Source: Gekko japonicus (taxonomy: Eukaryota). From it: 64,000 nucleotides of DNA. Shown here one piece after another: positions 1 through 12,872 of the stretch (position 1 is its first letter; every line of letters starts with the position of its first letter). The position numbers and the translations under genes are program-made. Where the stretch lies: the NCBI RefSeq assembly GCF_001447785.1, contig NW_015173156.1, forward strand, positions 525,067-589,066, given 5' to 3'. The notes below the pieces were generated by a model. That model saw nothing but the letters and a program-made list of their open reading frames with translations, was not told where the DNA came from and ran no database searches.

Positions 1-384
1 GGGGAGTAAGGCATTGTATCTGTCTGAGGTCCTCCTCCTCCTCCTCAGACCCCACCCTCAGCAGGCTTCATCACTAAAATATCCTGGAAGTTTCCAACCT
101 GGAGTTGGCAACCCTATGTCCTTTCCAGGCAGCCATCAGCCTACCTTTATCTGCCTGTCTGTCTTCAGGTTTACACACACACCCAGCCTCTGCCTAGGGA
201 AAGGGCAGTCTTTCCCTGCAGTGGGAACCAAAGCAGCTGACATCATTCTCCTCTCCCCTGTATGATCCGCACAACTACCCTATGAGGTATGTTAAGGTTG
301 AAAGTGTGTGAATGGTCCATAATCCCTCAGGCAGCTTTTAAAATATGAACCTGGGACCTGCACACCACCAGAATACAGCAGGTT

Positions 385-624
385 CCATATGCAACTGACA
401 TTCCAACTACCTTGCCCGGGGGGGAGGGGGAGTTTGAGGTGTGGAATGGAGTGAAGTCCAATCAGCTTCCATATGCAAAAGACCTTGAAACGCTGGACGG
501 GACTGCACAAAGCAGCCAGTCAACCCAGCCAGCGCCTTCTGACTGACAGTTCAAGCGTCCATACACTAAAGGTGCACATTTTGGAATGTTGGAGCCCACT
601 ATGCCTTTATATATAAGGGAGAGA
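385..624 (-). mobile_element. Truncated non-autonomous Helitron-like copy (same family as 45365-45775)
   Basis: Shares ggagtttgaggtgtggaatggagtgaagtccaatcagcttccatatgcaaaagacc and the A|TCTCTC...TTATATATAA 5' end; left boundary approximate. Confidence 0.55.
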
Positions 625-897
625 TATACACATACACATTTTAGCTTTAAGAAACAAATGTCTCAGTGGTCACTGCTAGGCAACTACAAAAGAACTGCCA
701 GCCTTCAAGCTTTGGCTTCTGTCACTAAAAGGCAAGGACAGGGATAGGCCCTTTCAGGGCTATTTTTGGTCTCTGAAAGAGGACTCATCAGGGCCAGGCC
801 TGCTAGCAGCCACCAGGTGACTTTGCTACCACCTGACTTGCATTACTCACCAAGGCCCAGCTGCTTACTACTGTTCAATAGCAGCCAACCCACAAAA

Positions 898-1125
898 ACC
901 AGCATGGTATAGTAGTTAATTTCAGACTAGGATCTGGGAGATGCATTATCACCCCCCACTTTGCCATGGTGCTTACTAGGTGACCTTGGGCTGGTCACAC
1001 ACATTCTCAGCCTAACCTACCTCACACAATTGTTGTAAAGATAAAATGGAGGAAAAGAGAATGCTGTAAGCTGGCCTGGGTCCACATCAAGGAGAAAGGC
1101 AGGGTATAAATAAAGTAAATAAATA
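898..1125 (+). mobile_element. Older tRNA-derived SINE (MIR/Squam3-like); similar copies near 34060-34225, 53133-53290, 57765-57985, 63600-63820
   Basis: A-box-like head tggtatagtagtta, core gtgaccttggg...ctcagcctaacctacctcac, (TAAA)n tail. Confidence 0.65.
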
Positions 1126-1151
1126 ATATAGCGGAGGATAGATAAAAGGTA

Positions 1152-1513
1152 GGTCCCGGTCACATGGCAAATTTGCCACGGGAGAGCCACGGGTGGGGGG
1201 CGGATTATCGGGGTGCAATCAAACCGCAACATCTGGCAAGTGGAGCGCACCCGTGGCCAACCCGTGGCATACCGCCGAAAAAGCGCAATAAAAAAAACAG
1301 TACCTCAGATGTAGTGGCAAACGGTTTGCCACGGGCTGCCTCCAGACTCCTGCGGTGTGATCACGCCGGCCCCTCGTTAATGCGCAGGCGGGGAGGACAG
1401 GACCCGTAGTTTGCCGCCAACGCGGCAGATCGCGTTCTGGCGGCTCTAATTGCACCGGAGCAATTAGCCATGCCTCCCCTCCCCCGCGTTATCCAGCCCG
1501 CGTGACCGAGTCC
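1152..1513. mobile_element. GC-rich MITE, PIF/Harbinger-like; related copy 30573-31000
   Basis: Imperfect TIRs ggtcccggtcaca/cgtgaccgagtcc flanked by gta on both sides; shared internal ccgcaacatctgg. Confidence 0.5.
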
Positions 1514-4500
1514 GTAGTTTGGTTTGTGTCTCAGATAAGAAAAGGAAGCAGGGAAAGATGAAGTTAAGAGAATTGGCAGGAAGAGGGGGGGAAATAAATA
1601 GCTTGGGTAGGGAATACACGGGAAAGTGAGAGACTCCCTGCTAGTCCTTGCAGGTTCTCCATTGGACTACTGGCCTCACCCAGCTAGTACCACACAACTC
1701 GGCAAGAGTTTTCTCAGGCAGAGGCTGCCAGGGGGAGGGAAGGAGGGAAAGCTGAAGACAGGGTGACAGATAAAGCTAGATTGGCTGGTGGGTATAAAGA
1801 AGAACAAGCAGCAGAAAAGAGGAGATGCTATGGGGGCTTTTACAAAAGGGAAAGAAGAAATAGTGGGGGAGAAGAAAATGAGATGCCTCCCCTCACAATC
1901 TTCCAGGTCCCCCATTTGTAACACTATAGCTCCTAACATTCCATTTGCCTTTTTAATTGCTGTAGGAAACTAAGCTGATAAGTGAGCTTTCTATGGACTG
2001 GTTTCTGCCTACTTAGGCCCTTTCAGCATATTTTTGAAGTTACCAATGGACATTATATGTGTATGATGAATCTGATACATTCTGTAGTCCATTCATCTCT
2101 TGTTGTGGGCCACACTCCAAGATGGTATAAATCTAATCACCATAGCCCAAAACATTTTCTTCTTGGTTATGTTGCTTTTGGCTTTATTGCTCTGGTCTTT
2201 TGTGATAAAATGCTGTAATTTTCTGGAATGCTATTCTTTTGTTTTTGTCTACTAAGTTGTTTTTTATTTTTTTATAACAAATCGTGTTATTGTTTTAATG
2301 TTTTAGATTGCAGGCCACCTCAGGAGCTCTTTGAGTTGAGAGTATGAGATATAATTACTGTAAATAAATAAATATTTGCTGTGCTAGGTTCTGCTCTACC
2401 TACAGTTAACGTTTCAGTCTAGACAAAATCTTGAATTCATTACTTATATTAAAATGCGAAATACAAAACTGCTTACCCACTGGTCTACCTTCTAGGACAT
2501 AAAGCCTATTATGCTAAAGATCAATACATTGCTCTTTGGGCAAGTCTTTATGTGCAATGTTTTTTAAGAGACAAGGAGAAAAACCTTGTCAACTGTTTAC
2601 ACACAGTCTGGCAAAAGCACAGAGATAAAATGCACAACTGTTCTTCTGTTCAGTATACTGCAGTAGGTCACAAAATTACACTCTTCTACAAAAGGCAGCC
2701 AAGTAGTCCCAGTATGGGCTTGGCTCACTGCTCTGAGTTAGCCTAAATGTTTACATTTGCCTGTTTATATCTATTTTGGCTACTAAACAATTGTCACTGA
2801 TGCCCACCACGATTATTACTGAAAACTCTGACGTTTTAAACTGATGGGTGGTTTAAAATACAGATAGCTTTTCAGCTTGTGCTAGAAGAAAAGTCTAAAG
2901 TAACAGTGCACTCATTTGCAAGCTCCTATACTCCATTAATGATAATAAAATGATAGCACTGGGCCATAACACCTAGAAATAATTATGTGCTTTATCAATA
3001 CTTTACTAAGTCATTTTCTTTCTTAGGGAGTCTGTTTTTTTAATTAGCCTTTTCCCTTTCAGTCCAAAATATTTTCTCTCACTGGAGCGCTTTTACAGAA
3101 TTAGCAGTTTCTTTCCTCCAGCTTCTCCTTTCAAATTTCCAAGGCTGGAAGCAGTATTGATCTTCTAGTATTGCTCATCAGCACCACAGTCACTGATATA
3201 CTGGAAACCAATAAAAAACTCTCTGAATTGCAAATCCTGAACATTGGATAATTTCAGTTCCAGTTCCAGTAAAGTTTCAGTTATAAAGTGGATGCTGGTT
3301 CATATTATGGGTTTGTTCACATGTAATGCAAACGACGGGAATAAGCCTTATGCTATGGCACTCCCCTTGCATGGTCTGATTCAATAAGTTGCTTCCTATT
3401 TAACACAAAACTTTGTCTCCTGTTACAACTAAACATGGAAACTATGCTTGCCCTGCAAACCAGTTTCACATCATGGTTTAACATTACATATAGAGTGACC
3501 GAATAATTCAAGCAGCAAGGAATATCTGGTTGAGTAATCAGTGGCCTGGAAACCTTGGGTAATTCCATTTGGCCTCACTAGCTTTAACCAGTTCAAGAAC
3601 AAGGGAAACAATGGCTGTTTCTCCATTTATAATACTGCTTTGCTAATTTATGTGCATTCTGGAAAAGCAAAGAACCACTGACTCGGTACCCTGAAGGGAT
3701 TTTTCAAAAAGCGGAATAATTCCTTATCCCTCCCCCCCTAAACAATGATGCAATACCATTCTAGAAATTGTGCTGTACATTTATTTAGCCCTTTCTGTTT
3801 ATTTTTAAAAGGTACAAAGACCTGTTTGAGGCCACTCACAAAAATTAAATCATAAATCATAAAAACAGCATAAACAAATAATAAAAACAGACATTAAAAG
3901 TATCAGTATAAAACCATAAAATCACCCATTGTTAGACTGTGCCAATTTTTTTGTAGTAACCATCTCTGAAGGGTTTAGGCAATTTTTATCCTGCCTTTCA
4001 AAATAGTCTTCCAAAAAGCTGCCAAAGAATGCCTCTGTGTATTTCTGATAGGGAGTTCAATTACATTCATCATCCACCCCCCACACACATGCACGCAGCA
4101 TTGCCTGCTCCCTGGCTATACAAAGCAGCACAACAGAAGAGGGACATGAGGTGGAATGTGTACACTAGAGCCTTTGTGTGCTGCAAGCACATAAGCTTGC
4201 AAACCACTATGCAAAACTCTTCACAGGGTGCACAGAGCATGTTGCTGGATGAAAGATCACAAAGAGAAAATAATGCAAAGTGAGACAGGCCAATGACAGT
4301 GGGACCCAAGAGAGAGACAACAGTGGAAAACTGACTTAGAAAGATAACTGAATGACAAAAAATCCCATGCTTTGGGCTTGTCTGCATATTTTCCAAAATG
4401 GCCTTCCACCAGTAATTAACTGGCACCATCATCTTGAACATTTATGCTACCATGCCAGTCTCCCAAGCTACCTGCAATATCAACCCAATGACACATGTTT

Positions 4501-6999
4501 GGGAAGCTATATGTATCTGTGCTTGGACTGCCAGATGCAATAATCTTGAGATCAGATTGCTGTTATTGCAGGGCTTCCCTCAACTTACTAATAGATGGCA
4601 TTTCACTTCTGCAAGAAGTTACAAGAGGATTATTCAGTATTCTTGGGCTTTCTAATGAGAATGCCCATTGAGGGCTAGAAATCCATTTCCAACATGTGCT
4701 GCTTTCTACTCATCACAAAAGTTTCTGAAACAGAGATTCTAGAAGTGTGTTGCTGTCCTCTTAAATATTTCAGTGCCCTTGGCAATAACAGGACACTGTA
4801 TTACAAGACCGGCTACATGGGTGTGAGGGCTTCTTTGGAAAAATAGAAATAAGTAAAACTTTCCATACACATAAAAGGCAATGTTCTTTGCTTGATCTTT
4901 ATACTGGATACTTTCCCATTCTCTGCAAGTTCTGCACAAGGACTGAGCAGCAGAATACATACTACTGGAATTAATCTGTGCTGGTTCCAAAAGGAGTTCA
5001 AGCGAGATTACTGCCAGAAATCAGTTTCCCCCCCACACTCTTAAATCAGAAGTAGGGAGGGGGGGAAATAAAGGCTTTAAAAATTCTACCCTGGCTTTAA
5101 ATCTTTTTGAGAAAGAAATGCCTTAACTTTGTTTGTGCGCTTGGTTCTTGTGTTTATGAGCAAAGAAGAAAATCTTTAGAAAAACATATTTTCCTTGACT
5201 TTTTATGATATAATGGGTATCTAGAGGGGCAAGAAAAATCAATACTGAACACTAAAAGAAATGTATAATAAATGCTCTTCCCCTGCAAAATAGGAGGTAG
5301 CCCTTCATAAAGGAACTAGAAAGTAAACTGCTCCATAAGGAGCAGTGTGTTAAATTCTGGAAACATATGCAAATAGGCCACTTTTGTCTATAAACAAGTT
5401 TTTTCAACAAAATTAGTACAACCACAGAGTCAAAAAACCCCACAAACACAACTTTGCTAGTATGACCACTTCATGTAAAAGCAAGACTATGGCCAGGATC
5501 CATTAAACCTAACCACCATTCATGTTCTTAATTCCTGTAATAAAGTAAAATCTTAGGCAGTTATTAAATATGCCACAGGCTCAGTAGGAGCAGATCAAAT
5601 AGTCAGCCAAACACTATCATTGGAAAATGCACACCAGAGGCAAGGTAAAGAGCAAAACTATATTAAGCTCATTTATTAAGCAAATGGCCCAACTAGAATA
5701 ATCTAAGCATCATGACCAGATTCTTATAACTATACAACAGTGCTGTTTTTTTAAAAAAAGTTCATATGAGACATCTATGCAAAATATTAGCTTTCAATCA
5801 GTTTGGCAAGAAGCAGTTGTCAAAAAGAACATCCAATTTTAATCTGCAAAGTACAGTTTTGATTCTCTGCTACATGCCACCTACAGAAAGGCAACCATGA
5901 ACTCCAAATATCATCTGAGTTCTTTTAACTTGCCAGAAACAAAGTGTGTGAAAGATAAAAAGAAATGGGAATCAATAGGATTAAGGAATGGAAATTATTT
6001 TGCCTCGCTACGGGGCACTAGTCCATATTTACTTAACACATTGTTAATGTGAAGAGAATCTCTCTACAGATAGAAAGTGTTTTCTCCGAATATGCCTAGT
6101 TCAAAGTTCAAAAGTTACGTTCCAGCGCACTCATCTCTTTTTGCCAAAGGCCAACTGATCCAAGTGAAAAGGGCACTGACCGGGGGGAAAGAGACAAATC
6201 TATTTATTTTTTTTGAGAAAACCATTTATCCCTCTCCAGTACAAACAGGAAGTTCCCACAACCTGAAAAGTATAATCAACCACAGGACTCTCTTCAGTTT
6301 CAGCAATATCCATGTAATGTACAGTAATCACCCAGTCCTACTGGCCTAACAAATGTTTAATTAGCTGAAGTGCTCCCCCCCCCTTTTTTATAGCTGTACT
6401 TCTACATTGCAATAAAAGTCTCTGATGCTGCTTTTTCTCATTATCTTTCCCCCCATTTTGATAACTTCTATTTATTCTGTCTATTTAGAATTGTGAAATT
6501 CATTTCTGGGCACTTAAATTTCTCATTGTGAACCACTTCTTACTCATTTCTGCTAACCCCTTCAAGCTTTTGTACATTTCGTCTTCAGCATCATGGATTC
6601 GAGTGTGGAAGGAGAACAGTTACTAAGTTTCACAATTTATGCCCACACAATCTCAAAAAGCTCTTTAAAAGCGAACATCCTGACTAGCACTGTTGTCATT
6701 GCCCAAAGCCATCACGAAACGGTGGCTGATAAAGTCATAAAAAGGACAAAGAAGCAATCACCTGCAACAGTCATCAATTCCCTCTGATAGCACAGGAGGA
6801 AGAGAGGAAGTCTGCAGGAAACGTGCCAATTCAGAGGTCATTCCAGAAAGTGCGAGCAATATTTAAAGCATTTTTCAAAGCCACAGCATTCTATGTATAT
6901 CCTGGCTACCTTATGATAACCATTTCGACGTAGTCCAATTCTCTCTGTTAACTACTTTCACCATAGCATTCTTGATGATGGGACTTGCTTCCCTAAGGA

Positions 7000-7900
7000 A
7001 TCGTCTTTATTTACTTCATATCATAGCCTTCCTTCCTCACTGAGTCTTGAGGCAGATTACAAAGTATTAAAAACCACACAGTCAGACACCAAAAGACACC
7101 CAATAAACAGTGCAACAGAACTAGGATTACAGGATTAGAAAACAGTGCAAAGAGAAAACTGCCTAAGGCACAACCTAAAATAAACAATGCAAGTGGATTA
7201 TAAAGGTAGATGGTACAGTGAAAGCAGAACGATACATACACTAAATGTTGCAATAAACTACAATCCCATTTATTTAAGAAAATGTCCTCCTGAACATTTC
7301 TGCAGAATGTTAGAAGTGAGGGAGCCTCTATGACCTCCTCGGGGAGGCTGTTGCACAAGGCAGAAGCCACAACAGAGAATTCACATGTACAGGCAGTTGC
7401 CAATCTTACCTACTTGCAAATTTGTACTCTAAGACGACTTTGCTTGAATGAGTGAAGCTTTTGTGGAGTAGTATAGTGGAAGAGACAGAACTGCTGATAC
7501 GCAGGTCCAAGGCCATTAATGGCTTTGAACGTGATAACCAATACTCTGAACTGAACCCAGTTAGTGACTGGTAACCAAATGAATGACTATAGAATAGGTG
7601 TGCTATATGCTTGCTCTACCTAACTCTGGATAGTTACCAAGCAGCAGTGTTCTGCACCAGCTGGAGTTTCTGAGTTGATTTTAAGGGCAGATCCATGAAC
7701 TGCAGTGCATTACAATAGTCCAGACTTGCAGTTACCATGAGCTATCTTCCAGGCTAAATGACGATGGAAAGCATTGTTTGCAGCTACATTAACATGCATT
7801 TCCAGTAGTGATGCTGGGTCTAGTATAACCCCTAGGTTTTATACTGAGTTCATTGAGGGTCAGCTGGATGCCATCAAATGAGGAAAACATGATGTCCTTC
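7000..7900 (-). mobile_element. Degraded L2-type LINE 3' fragment
   Basis: Residual FSVVASALCNSLPEEV..APSL and LDYCN-like segments. Confidence 0.6.
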
Positions 7901-9230
7901 AAGACGTCAGCCTTCTCAACTAGTTTCAACTTCACCTTATCAATGAGGGAGATCTATAAGCTCTTCCATGATCCTGTTCATAAGAATGTAAGAAGAGTCA
8001 TGCTGGATGAGACCAGTGGCCCATCTAATCAAACACACTTTTTCACATAGCAGCAAACCAGTTCCCACAGCGAGACATATGCCTGGCTTCAGTGGACAAG
8101 GAGGTGAACTGACACGCTTCCTTGCAATCAATATAGTATTTCTTTATACAAGGTACTTTTATACCATCCTCTCAAAAGAGAAGGAGGCTTGAACTTTCTG
8201 GGCTCACACTGAGGTTTAGCTGATTACATTTATTTATTTTATTAAAGATTTATATCCTGACTTTCGTTGTAGCTCAAGGCAGCTTCCAAGTCACAGCTGG
8301 AACATTACTATTTAAAACTAATAGGATACAATCCCAGATACCCCTCCCCCCAATGATGCCTACAGTTTATATCCCCTTTAAAGCCCTGGCAACTGAAGCA
8401 CATCCTCAGGGAGCCCATTCCACACACTAGGAATTAGAACAGAAAAGGAACATGCTACAGTTGATGCCAGGCAGACCACCTTAAGTGAGGGAACACCCAG
8501 CAGGTGGCAAGCCTGAAGACTGTGAAGCCTTCTGCTCTTCATCCTGCAATGGAATGAATCATTATTTACGTTGGGCTCCCAGATAAGCTTGTTGCATGCA
8601 TGTGAACATTTGGTAACTACACGGCAATGTTTTGAACTAAAAGCGAAAGGAGAAGAGCAACCTAGGATTTGCATCATAATATACATGTGTTCTTCAGTTC
8701 AACACGCAAGCAATTGACTTCAAGGATTATTTCAGTTCAGTTGAGGACAATAAGATTGTTGGCATTCCAGGGATATTCCCGCTATTATGCTGTATCTTAC
8801 TTTACTGGTGGAACTACATTACATGTAACAAATTCAATATACTGTCTCCACATAGTGTTTGGTATAAATGATGTTATAAGTTATGTACATTGTGCAGAGT
8901 AAATTGTTCTTAAGCACTGTATAGTCGTTAAGATTGTTTAAATATCATATAAAAAGCACTATATACAATTTATTAATATCATTTTGTTGGGTCGGTGTGT
9001 TGCATGAATATCACACAGTAACTTGTTTCCAATTATAACTTTCAGCATGAAAATGCAACCCACCCAGTCCCTAAATGGTGACAAACTTTGGGGTTTTCAC
9101 GTAACAAGTAGCCGGACACGGAGCTCTTAACACCTGTAATTAAATTTTATTATTCAAATAAGTTAATACACCAGCCAGCGTTACTATACACACACTGAGA
9201 TGCCTCAAAACCTTTTAAAAAATATTTCAG

Positions 9231-9528
9231 TAGAAGAAGAAGAGGAGGAAGAGGAGGAGATTGGATTTATACCCCGCCCTTCACTACCCAAAGGTGTCTC
9301 AGAGCGGCTTACAAACTCCTTTCCCTTCCCCTCCCCACAACAGACATCCTGTGAGGTAGGTGGGGCTGAGAGAGCTCTTGACAGAAACTGCTCTTTTTCA
9401 AGAACAGCTCTTATCAGAACTATGGCTTGCCCAAGGTCATCCAGCCAGGTGGAAGTGGAGGAGTGGGGAATCAAACTCGGTTCTCCCAGATTAGAGTCCG
9501 CACACTTAACCACTACACCAAAATGGCT
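9231..9528 (-). mobile_element. Young tRNA-derived SINE (Squam3-like)
   Basis: tggtgtagtggttaag A-box head, ggggctgagagag core, (TTC/CTC)n tail; near-identical to other copies. Confidence 0.8.
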
Positions 9529-9599
9529 CTCAGTAATATCATGCTACTGTTATTCAAATTTCTTAATTTAAAGAACACAACACTTTTGTTAATCCTCAC

Positions 9600-9673
9600 C
9601 TTGTTTTGGGTCCAAACCCTCCAATTTGCTGTCTTCCTTCAGAGAAGAAGTAGAATCTATGCTGTTGTCTTGC
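9600..9673 (-). CDS. CAAP1: CAAP1 exon 5 (QQDNSIDSTSSLKEDSKLEGLDPKQ); terminal exon 6 not found in window
   Basis: tcacag| acceptor, |GTGAGG donor; 74 nt; resembles recalled mammalian QQDICIDSASSVRENKQPEGLELKQ. Confidence 0.87.
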
Positions 9674-9970
9674 CTGTGAACAATGAAGAACCAATCTAGG
9701 TTAGCATACCGTATAAAAACTGTTTCTGAGAAGTGATTTGCCATGTGGCACGTAAAGAGAAACAGCCATTTGAGAAATACAAGCCCAGGCTATTCAGCAG
9801 AGCTAGATTTATGCACAAGTTAAGTAAACTACAATTTAAGGTCTCAGATTATTAAGGGCCTCTGAATTTAAAAAATATATTAATTTTTACTAATATGGTT
9901 GTTGGGGTTTTTGGTAATGCCATGGGTCCTCTTAAACTTGACATAGCTCAGGGTCTCAGCATGTCTTAAC

Positions 9971-10176
9971 CAATGTTCCCTCTAAGCTGTGGAGTCTTGT
10001 GAACCAAAATTCTACTTTGTGAGCTACTGGCATTAGAGTTGTGAGCAAGCAATTTGGCTACTGCATAAATTAGTTTGCTCTGGAGCCATCTTTCTTGAGC
10101 TGGGACAAAAATCTGTGAGCTGAAGGCTAAAAAACCGTGAGCTAGCTCACACTAACACAGCTTAGAGGGAACATTG
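9971..10176 (-). mobile_element. 206-bp hAT-like MITE
   Basis: TIR caatgttccctctaagctg/cagcttagagggaacattg; perfect 8-bp TSD GTCTTAAC. Confidence 0.9.
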
Positions 10177-11454
10177 GTCTTAACCCAGCCCTACTTCTTG
10201 GGGCACGGAATAAGCTGCTCGGTTCTTTACTGAACACTGAAGGTTGTATTAAATCAAAAGCCAGTGGAAGACCCTAGCAGATACAGGTTTTCCTTATACT
10301 CTCCTTCCCCCATAGCCTCTTTTGATCCCTGGAAAGATGACAGTGCCTAATATTTGCAGGACCCTCCTGGACAGAAAGCCACATGGACTGACCTCTTCCA
10401 CAAGCAGAGCATTGTAAGCCCCCAACCCATATTGCTTTCTGTTCCCGTGGGACTTGCAACACCAAACATCATTTGGGGGGCCAGTAAGGACTGCTGGAGG
10501 AAGGGCAGTGTGATGAAAATGTGTGCACATTGCATTGGTGGGTGGGTGGATAAAACCCTGTATTTTGCTTTACATAAAATAGGTCAAGAAATTAAAACTA
10601 GTTATTTTCATTGCTCTGCACCCTGCAATGAACTGTCACCATTAGCAACATCTTATGTCCAAGGCAAAATAAACAGCAATATAGTAAGGAACTATGATTC
10701 TGCAAGGACACCTCATGGATTCAGACAATAATACTCATACTTTTCATGAATTTTCATTCTCCTCAGGTTTAATAGGGCAGTCTGGCCCCAGGAGCCAAAG
10801 ACAGTCAAATTAACATGATTATATCTCTGACTGGGGGAAATGCTCCAGCCTAGTTTAAGGACAGTTACAGCAGATGCCATTTTTTTCTAAACCAGAAACA
10901 ATCCACTTTAACTGCTATGAGAAAATTAACAGGAATAGAAGCACAGCATTACAAAAAAACTGAGAGCAAGAGACAAACAGCTCTGCAAGGCCAAAATACA
11001 GAACTTATCAGAGCACTGTGGCCACACCAGCAACACTAAAATTTCCTCTGCCACGTGGCAGGCTCTTGTTTTATGCCAGATGGAACCTTTACTACTGTCA
11101 AAAGACAGAAAATTTGCCAGTAATGGCCAATCCTAGTTTTTCCTTTAGGGTAGTTGTGTAGTCTGGATTACAACACTATAAGGTAGCAAAAATGTTCTCA
11201 GCTCAAAGCAATTCACAAAGCGGTTCTCCAATTTATCCTCAATTTCCCTGCTTCACTGTTACCCTGAGAGCTTCCCTGGAAGATCAGGGATTCAAACCTG
11301 GCTTGCCACGATCCTATCTGATACTCTCCCCACTAAACCACACTGGCTCTGAATGGCAGTTCATTTTCTTTAAGTCTCAGTGATGCAACTTGCACAATGA
11401 ATGGCTCTGAAGACAACATTTGCAAAAGTTGTATAAAAATGTAAACACATTGAA

Positions 11455-11940
11455 TTAAAGAATTTAAAAGTTGGAAAGTGCCTAAAAATGACCCAGTCCA
11501 ACCCCCTGCACTATGCAGAATGACCTAAAGTACCCCTGATGAATAAGTGTCCAGTCTCAGTTTAAACACCTCCAAGGAAGGAGAAAATACAACACCCCTG
11601 GGCAACCAATTCCACCCCTGAACTGCCACTATTGTTAAAAAATTGTTCCTAATATCCTACTGATATCTCCCCACCCATAATTTAAACCAATTATTATGAG
11701 TCATATTCACCACTACCAATGACAGGCTTTCAAATACTTAAAACGAGCAATCATGTTCCCCCTCAACTTCCTCTTCTCCAAATTAAATATTCCCAACTCC
11801 CACAGTGTTTCTTCATAAGGCTTAGTTTCCATACCCCTTGTTGCTCTCCTCTGCACCCACTCTAAAGTTTGTGTCCTTCCTATAAAAAGGCCTCCAGAAC
11901 TGGACACAATACTTCATATGAGGACTGACCAGTACAGCAT
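11455..11940 (-). mobile_element. CR1 LINE 3' fragment
   Basis: [10 protein letters not shown]...[28 protein letters not shown] is a CR1 ORF2 C-terminal signature. Confidence 0.8.
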
Positions 11941-12595
11941 ACCCATCTAATGTCCTAAACACTAATATCTATATGAACTCAAGTTTGGGAGGGGGAAAGA
12001 GCTGCAGCTTTAAAAATTTCTGTGTGTTTGAATGCTGTTTTGGGGGAGGGGGCTTAAAAATTGCTGAAAAGGCTAAAATTTTATCTGCTATCGCACCATA
12101 GTTATCAAATGACTTTATACAAAGCAAGAATGCAAATGAAAGATTATATGATACACTTGAGAAGACAGGATACAGCTCTCCATAGGATCTTGAAATCATG
12201 AAAGGCGAGTCCAATTGTTGAGTTTAATGAGCATTTTGGCCATAAAATTATTTTATATTCATCTAACCAATTTCATACCTCAACTACTTTGTCTAAAATT
12301 TGTGAAGTACATATTATGTTAATATGCGTGCAAGCACCCAGCCTACAGACAGGAGTTAAAAGGTACCATTAAAAGGCTAGTGTCATCCCAATGTGTCACC
12401 CAGATTTTTTAATTTCACAGGTTCACTTCTAATTATTTATTCCCAGTTGTTTTAAGTATTGTTAACAAAGCTATGATTTAAGATCACTCTTCTTAATAAA
12501 GTTATCTATCGATAAAATTCATTTTTAGCTAGATCTTGTTAAAATCTCCATGAAGCCTTTTCTCCTTTGACCAAAAGTGTGCTTCCTTGGCTAAA

Positions 12596-12872
12596 CAGGA
12601 GGAGGAGGAAGAGGAGACAGGATTTATACCCCACCCTTCACTTGGAGTCTCAGAGCAGCTTACAATCTCCTTTCCTTCCTCTCCCCACAACAGACACCCT
12701 GTGAGGTAGGTGGGGCTGAGAGAGTTCTTTGAGAACTGCTCTTGAGAGAACAGCTCTGAGAGAACTGTAGCCTGCCCAGTGTCACCCAGCATCTGCATGT
12801 GGAGGAGTGGGGAATCAAGCCTGGATCTCCCAGATTAGAGTTTGCACTCCTAACCACTACACCAAACTGGCT
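12596..12872 (-). mobile_element. Young tRNA-derived SINE (Squam3-like)
   Basis: Same family as 9231-9528. Confidence 0.8.

Noticed and set aside
1-9599. CAAP1 terminal exon (…DVLSINAD…LELEMRARAIKALMK)
   Set aside because: Searched by eye and not found; probably outside the window to the left.
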